NCBI GenBank assembly: GCA_013265495.1
Contig: MU057560.1
Coordinates: forward strand, 1,376,753-1,440,752
DNA: 64,000 nt
Origin: Vicugna vicugna
Taxonomy: Eukaryota
Reading direction: 5' to 3'
Shown here in pieces: positions 52,401 through 64,000 of this stretch (position 1 is the first letter of the stretch; each line of letters opens with the position of its first letter). A program made the translations under genes and the position numbers. The notes below the pieces were generated by a model. The model was not told the origin of the DNA. It was given only the letters and a program-made list of their open reading frames with translations, and did no database searches.

Positions 52401-53227
52401 GTCTGAAGCAGGTGTCTCCCCGTGTTCCCCAGTGATGTGGGACAAACACTGGGCTTCCTTGTTTGGGTTTATTTCGGTTGGGTTTCTGGCACTGGAAGAT
52501 GACCGTAAATAGTGTTAAGGGAGTTTTTAAAAGGGAATCAGGAAAAAAGAAAAGGGGGACTTCGTGGTTACGGCTGGCTTTGAGTTGGGGCAGGGCTACA
52601 AACTAGAACTGAGCATCAGCTTGAATAATTCTTCCATCAGCTGGCTGCTGGGAGGCAGAGGGAGACGGGCACACAGAAGAGACACGCTCGGTGTCAGGTT
52701 TTGAAAAGCTTAAATTTGAAGCAGTCTAGGTAATTATTTGAAGGAGACAGACTAAAGTCTGGAAGCCAGTAATACTTTTTGAAAAAAGCAATTTAAATCT
52801 GAAACAACTTGGCATTTCAAGTGAGAGAGTGAAATTATAAAAGGAACATGGCATAGGCAGCCGCGGCAACGGGCTGCGTGTACTGCAGCAACAGGAGGCC
52901 AGGCGTCGAAGATCAGCCTGGAGACTCCAGCCAAAGGAAATCCGTCCCCGGGAGATGGAAGGAGGTGTAACTGCCCGCTGGGTCGTCCGTCCTCACGCTG
53001 CAGAGGAGGTGATGCGGAAGGGCGGTGTGAGCTGGATACTGACCTTCAGTTAGGCTGAGCTTGAAATCCCAGCCAGCAACTCACGTGGAGGATTCCTGAG
53101 CATTTATGGAGACAGGGTGCTTTGGAAACTGAGACTCAAATTTAGAAATCTTTATCCATAAAGAAAGTAACTCAGTTGCATGCAAGGATGAACTCTGGTG
53201 GTGCTCAATGTGTAATTTAAAATAATA

Positions 53228-53322
53228 AAGAAGGAAGCAAACAGAGAAAGGAAGAGAGAAAGAGGGAGGGAGGGAAAGAGGAAGGAAGAAGGAGGAACAG
53301 AGGGAGGGAAGAAAGAAAAAAG
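53228..53322. repeat. GA-rich low-complexity tract
   Basis: Directly visible. Confidence 0.85.
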
Positions 53323-54375
53323 CATTGGCAAGTGTGTAGACAGAGAAAAGGCAAAAGCCCACACCACAGCTTCTGGCAGTGCTTTTTCTGGGGATGGAAA
53401 AAGAAGAAAAAAACACAGTCTCCTTTCAAAATAAACACAAGCAGTACGTGGTCGGACGGTGATAAACACAAGACACAACTAAGAGAGCTGAGGGGCACGT
53501 CAGCCAAGGATGGGATGATTTAATACATTCAAGTGATGCCACAAGGCAGCTCAGAAAACTAAGGGGACAGGACATGCTGTGGTTTGGATAATCAAGACAT
53601 CACCGTGTCCCATCTTACAGAGCACATTTTCAGCTGACAGATGGAGCCAGAGCTGCGATTGCTGGGCGTTAATGAAGAGACAAGAAGCAGTAGCGGCCAG
53701 TTCTTTCTTTTAAGGGCTTGGATGGTGTGTGAATTCAGATGACAGGGAGGAAAAAAATAAAAAAACAGTGCGGAGGGTCAGGTTAAAACTCTGATGAGAA
53801 CCTGAGGCCGACGTGGCTAAGGTCAGAGTGCAGAGGGAGAGATGAGGCTCAAGGCTTTAGCTGAGGGATGAATCCTGACGTGGGGAGGGAGGAGCAGCTT
53901 CTGAGGCAGGAGTGATGAATAAGAAGAGTGAAGACGCAGAGGTTCTGAGAAAGCTCCGTTTTCTCAGATGCCAGTTCCATTCTCTTGTCCCTGGAAGCCG
54001 TCCACCACGGTCAAGACCCGACCCACACTCTGTGAGCACAAGAAAAATAATTCCTTCCCAAACAGGAATCACCGGGGACTCCTGTTTACCCGACGGCTGT
54101 GCGATGCCCCCTCCTCTGGGCCGCACAGAGCATGCTTCTCTCTGCGTCACGTACTTAGGAGCGGCCTGCGGTGGGGCGGGGGGGTGCTGTCCCACAGCGC
54201 AGCACTTACGAAGCATCACAGGAGGGACTACTCCAGACGACCCATCACTGTCCACTTACTGCTACAAACAATGTAGGGAAAGTTCGAGGGACCCTAAATA
54301 GTGTAGAGGAAGTCAGTCTTGACACTTCTGATAGTAAGATTTCTCTTGAATAAGAAACCAAAATTGAATGCTCAC

Positions 54376-55026
54376 TTCATTTCCTGGCAGTGACACACTG
54401 CGTCCAGGCTCACATTCATACTTTGAAGATGAAAAGAGTAGCAATGACAAAACCAATGAAAATCCAATATAGTTTCACCCAGACTTGATTATTGAAAATC
54501 ACCCCACGTTAAGAGAGTAGCGCTCACAGTCACTCCAAAGAGATGAATTGATAGAGTAAGACAAAGACCTCATAAAACACTAAGAGATTTTTTTGAGCTC
54601 CGTACAAGATCTCAAGATCTGTGTCCAGATGATGCAATAACATTTCAGAAAAAAAAAATCCTCAAGAAAAGAATAGGCAAATAAAAAGGGCATGGGTTTC
54701 TGAGATTCCCTAAGTATAAAAAGATCTGAGTTGCGTAGAAAGAACATTTAACGTTCGGACCACAACAGAGAGACCCGTGATGCCCAAAACTGCAGAGGCA
54801 AGATCCCACAGAGAGCATTTTGTTCACACCAGCTAATCCTTTGCTTCTCATGAGAAGTTTGTCCACAGTCATTTTTTTACTGAAGGGCAGATGGCAATTG
54901 AAACTGTCTATTGAGAAATGATCTCCCCAGTAACTGTCTGAAGATGTTAGCTGTTTTTGAGGGAAGTTCTACCAACATAAAGAAATGGCTGGTGGACACC
55001 AGGAACTTAACCCTTTTTTAAGGCTC
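54376..55026 (-). pseudogene. Pseudogene B large exon with four hydrophobic segments
   Basis: Across frameshifts: LWDLASAVLGITGLSVVVRTL; ALFICLFFS*GFFF; GLCLTLSIHLFGVTVSATLLTWG; VWVKLYWIFIGFVIATLFIFKV. Acceptor ttgctag, donor gtgagc. Confidence 0.5.
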
Positions 55027-55624
55027 CTAGCAAATTTAGCTAAATAATCGTCAACATGCATGTGGCACTAGAAAACACTTTTTTTTCCTTTTCTTGAGAT
55101 AAGTCAACCTACAATTTGAAGGTTTCAGATTCCTATTTCCCATAAAGATACAAGGCAAAGATGCTTCAAAACATATTTTCAAATTTTTTCTCATGATCTC
55201 CTCAAAACATAATTAAGCTGAATACAGAGAAAAATAACCCGCTTTTAGCTTCTTTGTTGGAAAACAAAGATAAGGCTAGTGAAACAGTCAGTTTTCAAGG
55301 CAATAACTACCCACACTTAAGCTGATGAAAACTTCTCCCTGTACTAAAGATGCTCGTTATACAAGAAGTCTCATTCAGCTTTTGAAATCCGCTTGACCAC
55401 AGCCTCCTTAGCTGCCCAACTGACGTTCACTGCTGAGAAATCAAACATCTAGATAAAAGAAGGTGTTGACCTATCTTTGTCATTTAGCAGCTAAAACTTC
55501 CAAATAAAAGTAAATGTATTTCAACCAGTAGGGAAAGTAGAAAATGGTTTCAGTAGATCTAGAGCATAAACGTGTATGTCAAGATGAAAATGTAGAGAGT
55601 CAAAATACCTCACTCAGAGTCCTC

Positions 55625-55850
55625 ACTTTAATGCATCAAAAGTACGTGGTACAGTGGAAAGTGCTCTAAGCTGAGGGCCAGACAGATTGAAGCTCAAAAC
55701 TAAGACCTACCTCCTGTTTTTCCTTCTGCATGTCTGTGACTTGGTGACTTAAGTTCTCTGAGCCACTGTTTTTCCTCTATTAAATAGAGTTAATGACATT
55801 GTCAGTATGGACGCATTAGAGTGGATAGTCCGTACACGGTTGCTAATAGA
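55625..55850. mobile_element. MIR fragment
   Basis: gtggtacagtggaaagtgctct...gacttaagttctctgagccactgtttttcctctattaaatagag. Confidence 0.7.
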
Positions 55851-58187
55851 CAGAGAAAATGGAATTCAGCATTCTCAAAGCAGTTACATAATTAGTGTGG
55901 TTCCAGAATGAACTGACAGATATTTACAATAGATACAGCGCGCTCTTTGAAAACACTTGACGACGAACGCTAATATATTCAGTAGGCAGGCAAATTGCTG
56001 TGCCGAAGAGAAGGAGCGCGCTGCGGAGACGCTTCTGCCTTTTTAATATTTGTTTTCACAGAGTGCTCTTGTGGTCTGTTGGGAAGACAGGACCGGGGAC
56101 TCAGAACGGGAAGGCTGAGCTGGGGAGGTGCTCTAGTGCTCTCCGCTTCTGTAGCTGAACCTGGCATCAGGGAGTGACCAGAGAGAGCCAGAGCTGGAAG
56201 CAGGACCCTGTTCCTCCAGTCCAGGCTGTGCTGTTAATATCTGTGACTGCAGCCAGTCTCTTGCCTTTCCTGGTCTGACCTGGAGTAAGATGCCTGTGGA
56301 ACTGAAATGAGGAAGTAGACTAAATGATGAGTAAGGTAGTTTCCCCAGGAAATATCTATCAAGACAGTTAGGAAGCTCACCACTCCCAGGAGAAGACCCA
56401 GCAGGGATAAGGAATAGCTGGAGGGCCACATGCACTCAGCGCGTCATCCCCCCCACCCAGAAGTCTGTAATTCTGCAATGCTAATTAGTGGGCTTCCTGT
56501 ATTCCTGCAGTGAGGGTATCCAAGGTGGAAGTGGCTAAAGATAACAGAAGGATCACGGAGGGGAGTGAGGATCCTAATTGTGTGTCTGATGCCGTCATGC
56601 ATGTGAACCTTCCCGCAGGGACAGCCTTGCCCCTGGCGCAGGGAGCAAGTGGTTGTGGAGAGTGGAGGACGGTGGCTTCTTAGGCAGTCGTGTCACTGAG
56701 TTTATGCATGGAGTGGTGGGTGGCCCAGCCTTTACCGTCACACTCATTCAACAGACTTAGTCATTGAATCTTTGCCATGTTCTAGATGCAGCAGTGACTA
56801 ACACACACAAAACAAGCACAGCCCAGAGACCGTTTATCTTATCAGCAGAAATGCGGAAAAGTAAGTGGCGTGTAAGTATAAACAGGAATGTCTCCTCCGA
56901 GCAGCAAAGCTCACATGTTTATTGCCCCGCTACACTGGCATTTGAAGATGAGGGGACTTCAGACGGTCTTGCAGTTTATTTTGACGAGCCTTGCGTTCCC
57001 ACCCTCCCCCCACCTGTTTGAGCTTCTGAGCTCAAGGGGTAACTGCACATAGTTTAGACCCATCCACCCACCCAGGGACAAACTCAGTACCCAGTCTACA
57101 GCAGGTGTGCGGCAGAGACACAGCACATACTCACTAGACTCCCAGCTTTAACATGCCATTGCTGGGAGGCATAATAGCAATGCTGTTTCTCTGTGTTCTC
57201 CTAAGTTCCCTATTCGTATTCGTTTCTGATGCTCACAGGTATCCAGCAACATAAAGACCGATTGTTTTTCCAGTTTAACCCAGGAGGAAACTGAAGAAAT
57301 GGGAGTTAAGCGTCATGAGGTGGGTGACCCATCTCCGTAAGCAGCAGAGCTGGGGTTGGAGCTTTGTCTGACTGCTCTGTCTTCAGAGTCCAGCTCATCC
57401 CACCGGGCGACGTCCCAGCACCACACCCCCTGCAGTTCTGGGTGTCTGCAGCTGGGCCCTTTAGATTGCTCCCTCCTCCTCTCCCGGCTGCTCGCCCCTC
57501 CAGGAGGCTGTGTGGCGTGGCCCCCTGTCTGCTGCCTTGCCCCTTGGAGAGGAGGTGGGGGGAGGGAAGGATGAAATCTTCGTATTTCCCACCAGCGCTC
57601 CCTCGGCGGAGCCCTTGTGGGCTGGCTCCACTCCTCCCGAAGGCCCTCCCTCTGCTAGGGGCCGCCTCCTGCGAGGCCATCTTCCTGGGAGCTGGCGGCC
57701 AGTCCGTCCCCTTCTCCCTCGTGTCTGGGAGTTACTAGCCCCGGGGACCGCAGCATCAGTGCACTGATGCAGCACTAGTGACTAGAGGCTTTATTCAGAT
57801 TTGATCAGTATCTGTGTATATACGTGTATGCAGGTGTGCACAGCTCTGTGTCATGTTATCACACGTATAGATTTGTGTAACCACCACCACAGCCTAGAAC
57901 TGTTTGGTCACCACAGATGATCTCTTCCATGCTACCCTTCCATGGTAACACCTCCCTAGGCCTGGCAACAAGCAATGGCTTTCAGAGAGTTAAAAAAAAA
58001 TCATACAAAATTGACGTCAGATGGGATTTTCCTGAAACTCTCTCAGAGTAGACTCACTAAAAGTCGATCGCTTTTCACCCCACCCCAGTCCCCAGGGCCC
58101 AGGCCCCAGGGCCCAGAAATTCCACCTTGAACCTACTGCTTCCTCGTCCCACCTTTTTTTCCATATGTGTCTCTGCCATAATCCCAT

Positions 58188-58272
58188 TCTATCTGTCTAT
58201 CTCTCTCTGTCTATCTCTCTGTCTGTCAGTCATCTATCTGTCTATCTATCCATCCATCCATCCATCCATCTA
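58188..58272. repeat. (TCTA/TCTG/TCCA)n compound microsatellite
   Basis: Directly visible. Confidence 0.9.
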
Positions 58273-58679
58273 CATACACGTGCAGACACACACAACACAC
58301 AGCACATATGGGTACAGATGTAAATATTAACACAGAGAGACTGTTTTATTTACAAAATAGCTCCAAGTACTCCATTCATTCATTTTCTCTAGAGACAGGT
58401 GCAGTCAGTTCAATTGTTTTTGGCAATTATTTCAGGATTAATTACTTTCTATGATACTAATTCATCTTGAGAAGTGGGTTTTTCAACAAAATGACTCATA
58501 AAAATAGAAATTACGCTAGGAAACAAGAAGTACCAAGCTGTTACTCATTTGCCAAATTCTACCAATATTTTCGTAATCAGTAAAGTCTGATCTTTGCTAT
58601 CAGGAAAAATAGCCTAGTTCTCGAGCTGCTGGTCCTAACGTACTTCCCAGCATAATAGCGCTCACACCCACCTTTCCTG

Positions 58680-58830
58680 CATTTGATGTTCACAGGAATC
58701 ATGTGACAAAGGTATCTTCATAATCCCTCTTGTAGGTGACGTCACAACAGCTCAGAGAGGTTATGGGACCTGCTTGCGGACGCGTAGCCAAGGGGTTCTA
58801 GAGCCAGGACTTGACCCGGGTCTGAGTCCC
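58680..58830. mobile_element. MIR fragment
   Basis: cagctcagagaggttatgggacctgc...gagccaggacttgacccgggtctgagtcc. Confidence 0.65.
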
Positions 58831-60734
58831 CTTCCACTGTCTATGTCACACTGCTCAGTGACATCCACGCAAGGAACTATCAACTCTCTAGGAAAGCAGT
58901 CTCACCCATTTGCATCAGTACGCTGTCACGACGTCAAGGTGACTGCTAGGAACACATCAGTGGGACCTGTCTTTCCTTCCATTCCATTGACTCTTCCAGA
59001 AAACCAGAGGAAACGGACTATCAAACAGGGATGCAGTGAGCTGACGGTGAGGCGGATGACGGCTTCTGGAGCGGGGGGAATCATCTGAGATTTTGGGTTC
59101 ATTTTAAATGAAGCAGACGCACAGCCTTGGCCAGAAAACGGGCAATAAACAGAGGCTGGATAAAGCGGGTCAAGGAAACACGCACATTCCTGCCCCAGGC
59201 TTGGGTTTGGGGCGTTGACACGGAAGGGAAGCGAAAGTCTGGGCAGGTGCACGTGGTTCGTAAACTTGGGTCTTTTTCTTTAATGAGGCACGTGGCGCTC
59301 CTGCCATCGAGAGCGTCTCCGTGATCACTCAGGCCTGCCGCCTGTCTCTCACTGGACGAGCCCAGGTCTCACGTAGCCGTGTGCTTATTTAAACCTGTGC
59401 TCGCTTCTAGTTGTCAATCACTGCGAGGAAGTCGCTCTCCAGGCTGCAAGCGCCTTTCCCTCTGTGAGGTCGGGGGTCGTCGGGGTTGGAGGCAACGCAC
59501 GCGACCACGTCCACTGCGAGCACGGGCAGACCGTAAGCCTGCTCGCTGCAGGAGCCACTGTTACTGCAACGGCGACTTGCGAGCCATCACGCGGACGTCC
59601 TAGACTCAAGTCATAATGGTGAGCAGTGGTCTGACTGCCAGGACGTATTTTAAGTGACGTTCACCCTACAAAGGGTGTACGTTAGGAATAATTAAATAAT
59701 TATTACGCCCTACTTTTAGTTAGCTGTCATCTGAAAGGAAGAAAAGCTATTCAGTTTATCTTTCCTTATGTCATAGGAGTGATGACTCAGCTCATAGTAA
59801 CAGCTTGCGTTTATTGAAACTTTAGCTCCCTTGCCAAGGAATTCAGGAATTAGATTAAGCATTTTTCCCCCAAATAAAGGCCTTTTTTAAAATATTTTAA
59901 GTTGCCTTTTTGTATTATCTCTAGGTCACACACAACTTTTACAATTCAGTCTCACAGTTAGAAAGACAACAGGGAATTTACCAGGAGCACACTCATTCTA
60001 CCCCATCCCTTACGTGTGATGTGGATTTAGAGTTTTGGGAAATGGCTGAGGGCACCAAAAGCAGGGAGGTCTTAATCATGGCTGTGCATCTCAGAGACGG
60101 GAGGAAATGGAACATTTCTGGTGACGGTAAGGCCATCTAGGTAGCTACACGAAGTCTATGTGTGCAGGAGTGTGCTCGGCAGCAGCAGAGGGGTTCATGG
60201 TAAAGAGCAGTCAGTCAATGTGACCGTCAGGCTGTTGTGTCTTAGGCTGACAGTTTCAGACAAAACCTCATGATTTAACATTTCTTGCCTAAAATACTTC
60301 ACGGCTCCTGCAAAACCCAACCTCTATGCTCCTGAGCCAAAAAAAAGACGACTTGCGACACCTGTTCACATTTGGCTGCTTCCCGTTTCCTGGTGCCCCT
60401 GTCCAAGGACGCCCTTCATCCTGTCTTCCTTGGAGAACCCTCCTCATCCTGAGTGGCCAAAGCCAGTTGACCTATTTCTGTGGTCTCTTCTCTGACTCAC
60501 GGCAAATATATGTGTGTTTGTATTTGCTTGCCTGAACCCCAGGGCGCTCTGCCCGCCACCGTTACAGGAATGGTAACACGATGATGGAAAGCTAGCACCT
60601 ATGTGCACGCACTTGATCCTCGGTGTGTGAAGCCAACTTACTTTATGAAGCAAACAGGGAACCGCCTAAGTCAGAGATGATCTCCAGTTAGTCCACGGGA
60701 CCCAGGGAAGACCTGTGTCTTTGACCTTCTGGAA

Positions 60735-60953
60735 CAGCAGATCAGCAGACCCTTTCTGGAGAGGGCCAGACAGAAACGCTGCAGGCTCCGTGGCCCGTGT
60801 GCCGTCTGTTCCAGCTGCCCGGGGCCGTGGCTGCAGCCTGAAACGCCTCAGACACCGTGAACATGAACGAGGGGCCGTGTGCCGGTAAAACTTCATGTAC
60901 AAACAGCAGCTCAGCAGAGGTGACCTGTGGGCTTTAGTCTGATGACCTCCCTG
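60735..60953 (+). mobile_element. MER58A-like MITE, GC-enriched copy
   Basis: atcagcagaccctttctggagagggccagacag...gccgtgtgccggtaaaacttcatgtacaaa. Confidence 0.75.
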
Positions 60954-60979
60954 TGAGGGGAGTTTGGAAGAGATGTGCG

Positions 60980-61730
60980 GCCTCAGCGTAACTGCTGAAG
61001 ACGACCCGGGACTCGTGGAAGCCGTGCGCCCTTGCCGACGGCGCCGCGCCCCGCGAGGGCCCGACGGGAGCGGCCGCGGTAGCCGGGGGGACACCCCCGC
61101 CCCGGGCAGCGGGCCTCCGGGGGAGCGTGGGGTCCGGTGCGGCCCTGGCGTCGGGCGGCCACCCTTCCCGGGTAGAATTCAACGCGAGCAGTGTGTGAAC
61201 AGCTGCTCCTTCCTTTATTTCTCCTTCTGGAGGCAGACTTTTACAAAACAGGGTGACAGAGAACGGAAAACTCTTAACGGGCCCCAAAGACAAGTTCTGC
61301 TGGTTTTTGAGTGTTGGCGAGGCCAGCTCCGTGGACAGGCTCTCGAGGGGTCGGGGCATTTGGGTCATTCTTCTCTCCCTCCAGGCAAAGTCTGCCAGGC
61401 TCCGGATTCCGGGAGCGCGGGTGTGCCCTCGCCTTCCGCCAGGCGCCGCAGTCACAGGCCGGACACGCGCATCGCCCCGCGGGACAGCTGCCGCAGCGCA
61501 GCCGGGACTGAGGGACTGGCAGGGAAGCCAGCGCTGACCAAAGGGCTTCGAAACGTCAGCGCGAAGGGCCGGAAAGCTCTTCCGATGCGCCTCCCCGTGG
61601 GAAGGGCTCCGACCTGCAAATCGCAGCCCCAGGTTCCAGGCGTGGCGCTGCTGTTCACCTGCTGTGACAGCTTACACCGAGGTGTGTGCGCCGAGCTACC
61701 TCGCCTGAAAACAGCGTTAGTCGGGCTTTG
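60980..61730. promoter_or_regulatory. CpG island / GC peak
   Basis: Dense CpG adjacent to a GC-enriched MER58 copy. Confidence 0.55.
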
Positions 61731-64000
61731 CTAGCTTGTATTTCTTAAATTCTTTATCATGAATGTAAAATATAGCTAATTTAAATGAAGAAAATAGGTA
61801 TATTTAAGAGGATAGTGATAAAGACCAGATATTACAAAATATTCATAGAAGACATCTTAAAATTCTGAGGCATTAGACAAGTGAAATTTGTATTATTGTA
61901 ATCAATCAGCATTCAGAATTGCCTCCACCCACTCAAAAATATATTTTCTTTTATTCACGTGTGCGCACACCAGTTAGTTTTTTCACAGAATTTTTGAAAC
62001 TTGAATGTTCATCGAGGTGTCTATTTTTTGGAAAGGAGCGTCCCAGGGGGAGGCAGGGCTGACTTCATCTCAGTCAGCCAACTCTTTGACTTAACCATTT
62101 TGTTTTGTTTGTTTTCTTTTTACTTAATAAAAGTAACTTTTGATATAATTTTATCTTAGAAAAAGGATTGTTTTTATTTGGAAAATAATTTTATCTCAGC
62201 ATTTTCTCACCTAAATACGGGACCACTCGACGTTGACAGTGTTCCAATCCACTTTAACATGAATATACAGCTCTCCTCGCCTTCATTTGAATTTCTCAGT
62301 AAAATTGTATTTTCTGCTTTGATTCTATTTCATACACAAAGTTTATTTCAAAGCTGTGCCAGGAGAGCAAAGCAACCCCATTTGGCTTCAGTTTTCAGGC
62401 CAAGAAAATCTGCTGCCTGTCGGTCACTTCTGCTCGGGAGAGTTCATTGATAATCAACAACTTCATTTTCTTCTTCCTTTCTAAATACCGCGAGGTGCTC
62501 AGCCTTTATTCTGTGTTGCGCACCCTGAGCACGGGGACCCTGGGTGCAGACACACACCAGATCCGGAGAGCAGTACTGGCAGAACCAAGGGTGGTCCTGG
62601 GGGAGGGAACCCCGGGAATCTGACTGTCAGTCTTGGAGCAGGACTTTAATTCACAAAGTCACTCTCTTACTCATTTAATTTTACAGTTAGTTGTACAGTC
62701 ATTCAGCAGCCACTGGCAATGCAGCAGCGCAGAGCCTCTGAGCGCTGCAGAATGTTCCTACACTGTCAGTGCATTCGATCAGGAATGATCCCAAACAATG
62801 ACAAGAGAAGGGTTCCAAGTGGGAGAAAAGCCGCAGCGGGAGGAATGAACCCAAGGAGGCCACCCCGTTCTGCATGAGTGCATCAGCGGCTCTGATTTAG
62901 TAAGAGTCTGTTGCCCCTTGTCTTTATGGCGTGATATATGTATTTTCCAGGTTTATATTTCAGATTGAAATCAGTGTCGTCGGGGTATCGGCCAGTGCTG
63001 GGCATCTGTGGCAGCCAAGCTACGAACACTGTTTTGACCCAGCAAAAAAAATAGAACATGTGTTGTTCAGTGTTCCACACTGGGGGAGAAGTCTCTGAGA
63101 ATAAGAGTGAGTTTTATTGTATACTGTTTTTTTTTATTTTTTTTTCTTTGCACTGCAGTCCACACCAGATTCCTCATCTTTCCCTCACCATTCTCACTCC
63201 CCATCCAGAAAATGGGAATAACAAATAAATTTGGCTGGAACTGACTGTCTTCTTTTCCATGACCATCAATAGCTGCTTTCAAAGGATCCCAGTATCTGCG
63301 TTTGCATCTTCCTCCGAACACGCTTTCTCTTACAGAAATCTGCAGTATAAAATTCTTATCTCGGAAAAGGTTTTCTGTCCCTGAGAAGGATTTCCGAGGA
63401 CTAAGGACTCGGTCACATCAGTTAGAAACGGTCTCATTCTGGGCGTGCATGAGACCAGCTCTGTTCTGCGGCTGCTCCCGACTCTTCAAATTAGTTACTG
63501 ACAAACTGTAGCATTTTGGTCATTTCTACTTTTATCTTGAATCCTGTTTATTTAATCCTAAAATCTCTCCAGACTAATGGACACTTTTTTTTAAGTAATC
63601 CCTATTATGTGTCCATTGCATCAAAATTTCCATTAAGGCAGCCACATGCTCCTAAGTCTATTGATAAGAATTTCTGAATGTTATCTGTCCATGAAAAGTC
63701 CTTTTGGACACTAAATTATGACAGTTTTCAGAAAGAAGAAAAAACATGCTATTCTGTGAGCGCAGGTGTATTCACAGACACCAGAAAATTGAAGTCCAAT
63801 TCAGAAGGAAATATTGGAAACAATTTGAGCCTGGATTCAATCTGGCCGGGGCTGAAATAGCACAAGAAATGACTTTGAAGATGATTCTGCCATTTTTTCA
63901 GTTCATTCGATGTGACTGGAGCCATCAATATGGAATGGACTGGAAAACTCACATTAAATCCCTGCTTATGTCATTTCAGACCAGACCGGAGGCTGAAAGC

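Larger units (their letters stand above)
49566..63557 (-). pseudogene. Candidate unprocessed pseudogene B of unknown family with about four TM helices; may continue beyond the window end
   Basis: Exon-like blocks 63557-63189, 63094-62671, 62480-62211, 57290-57135, 55448-55321 (donor decayed to ttaagt), 55026-54376, 51396-51165 and 49971-~49570 (AATAAA at 49571-49566). AG/GT boundaries, mostly phase-compatible, protein-like translations with scattered stops. No family recognised. Confidence 0.55.

Noticed and set aside
51520..52449. Long overlapping ORFs (up to 309 aa) on both strands
   Set aside because: Artefact of stop-poor GC-rich island and tandem repeat; Ala/Arg/Gly/Pro-rich with no domain signal
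60934..61734. 256-aa and 173-aa ORFs
   Set aside because: GC-peak artefact; several frames on both strands are open at once
62350..62480. vWA-like pattern KLLII..LA*KLKPNGVALL in gene B
   Set aside because: No MIDAS (DxSxS) or TDG motif found; too weak to call
63746..64000. Plus-strand frame open to the window end (MLFCERRCIHRHQ...)
   Set aside because: No recognisable homology; truncated by the window edge. The overlapping minus frame 63749..63952 may instead be another gene B exon, but its donor could not be placed

Overview
Mammalian genomic DNA, almost certainly from a camelid: there is a Vic-1-type tRNA-derived SINE at ~42.2 kb and several artiodactyl-type L1 3' UTRs. I found no intact protein-coding gene, and the ORF track is essentially noise. 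Main result: reading the minus strand between GT-AG splice sites reveals a disabled ~14-exon unprocessed pseudogene at ~41.0-31.9 kb. Its reconstructed translation is colinear, N- to C-terminus, with GREB1/GREB1L, but it is very divergent, much more compact, has a different exon structure and appears to lack the TAGT glycosyltransferase core. It is therefore a candidate fossil of a further GREB1-family paralogue. The comparison uses GREB1/GREB1L sequences recalled from memory and needs tblastn/HMM confirmation. Upstream on the same strand (~63.6-49.6 kb) is a second disabled multi-exon gene of unknown family with about four predicted TM helices. The window also holds sharp GC/CpG peaks in which old repeats show weak-to-strong substitutions (GC-biased gene conversion signature), a CpG island with a tandemly amplified NRF1-like motif, a possible alternative first exon near 6 kb, and ordinary L1/L2/MIR/MLT/MER58 repeats. 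Repeat boundaries are approximate.
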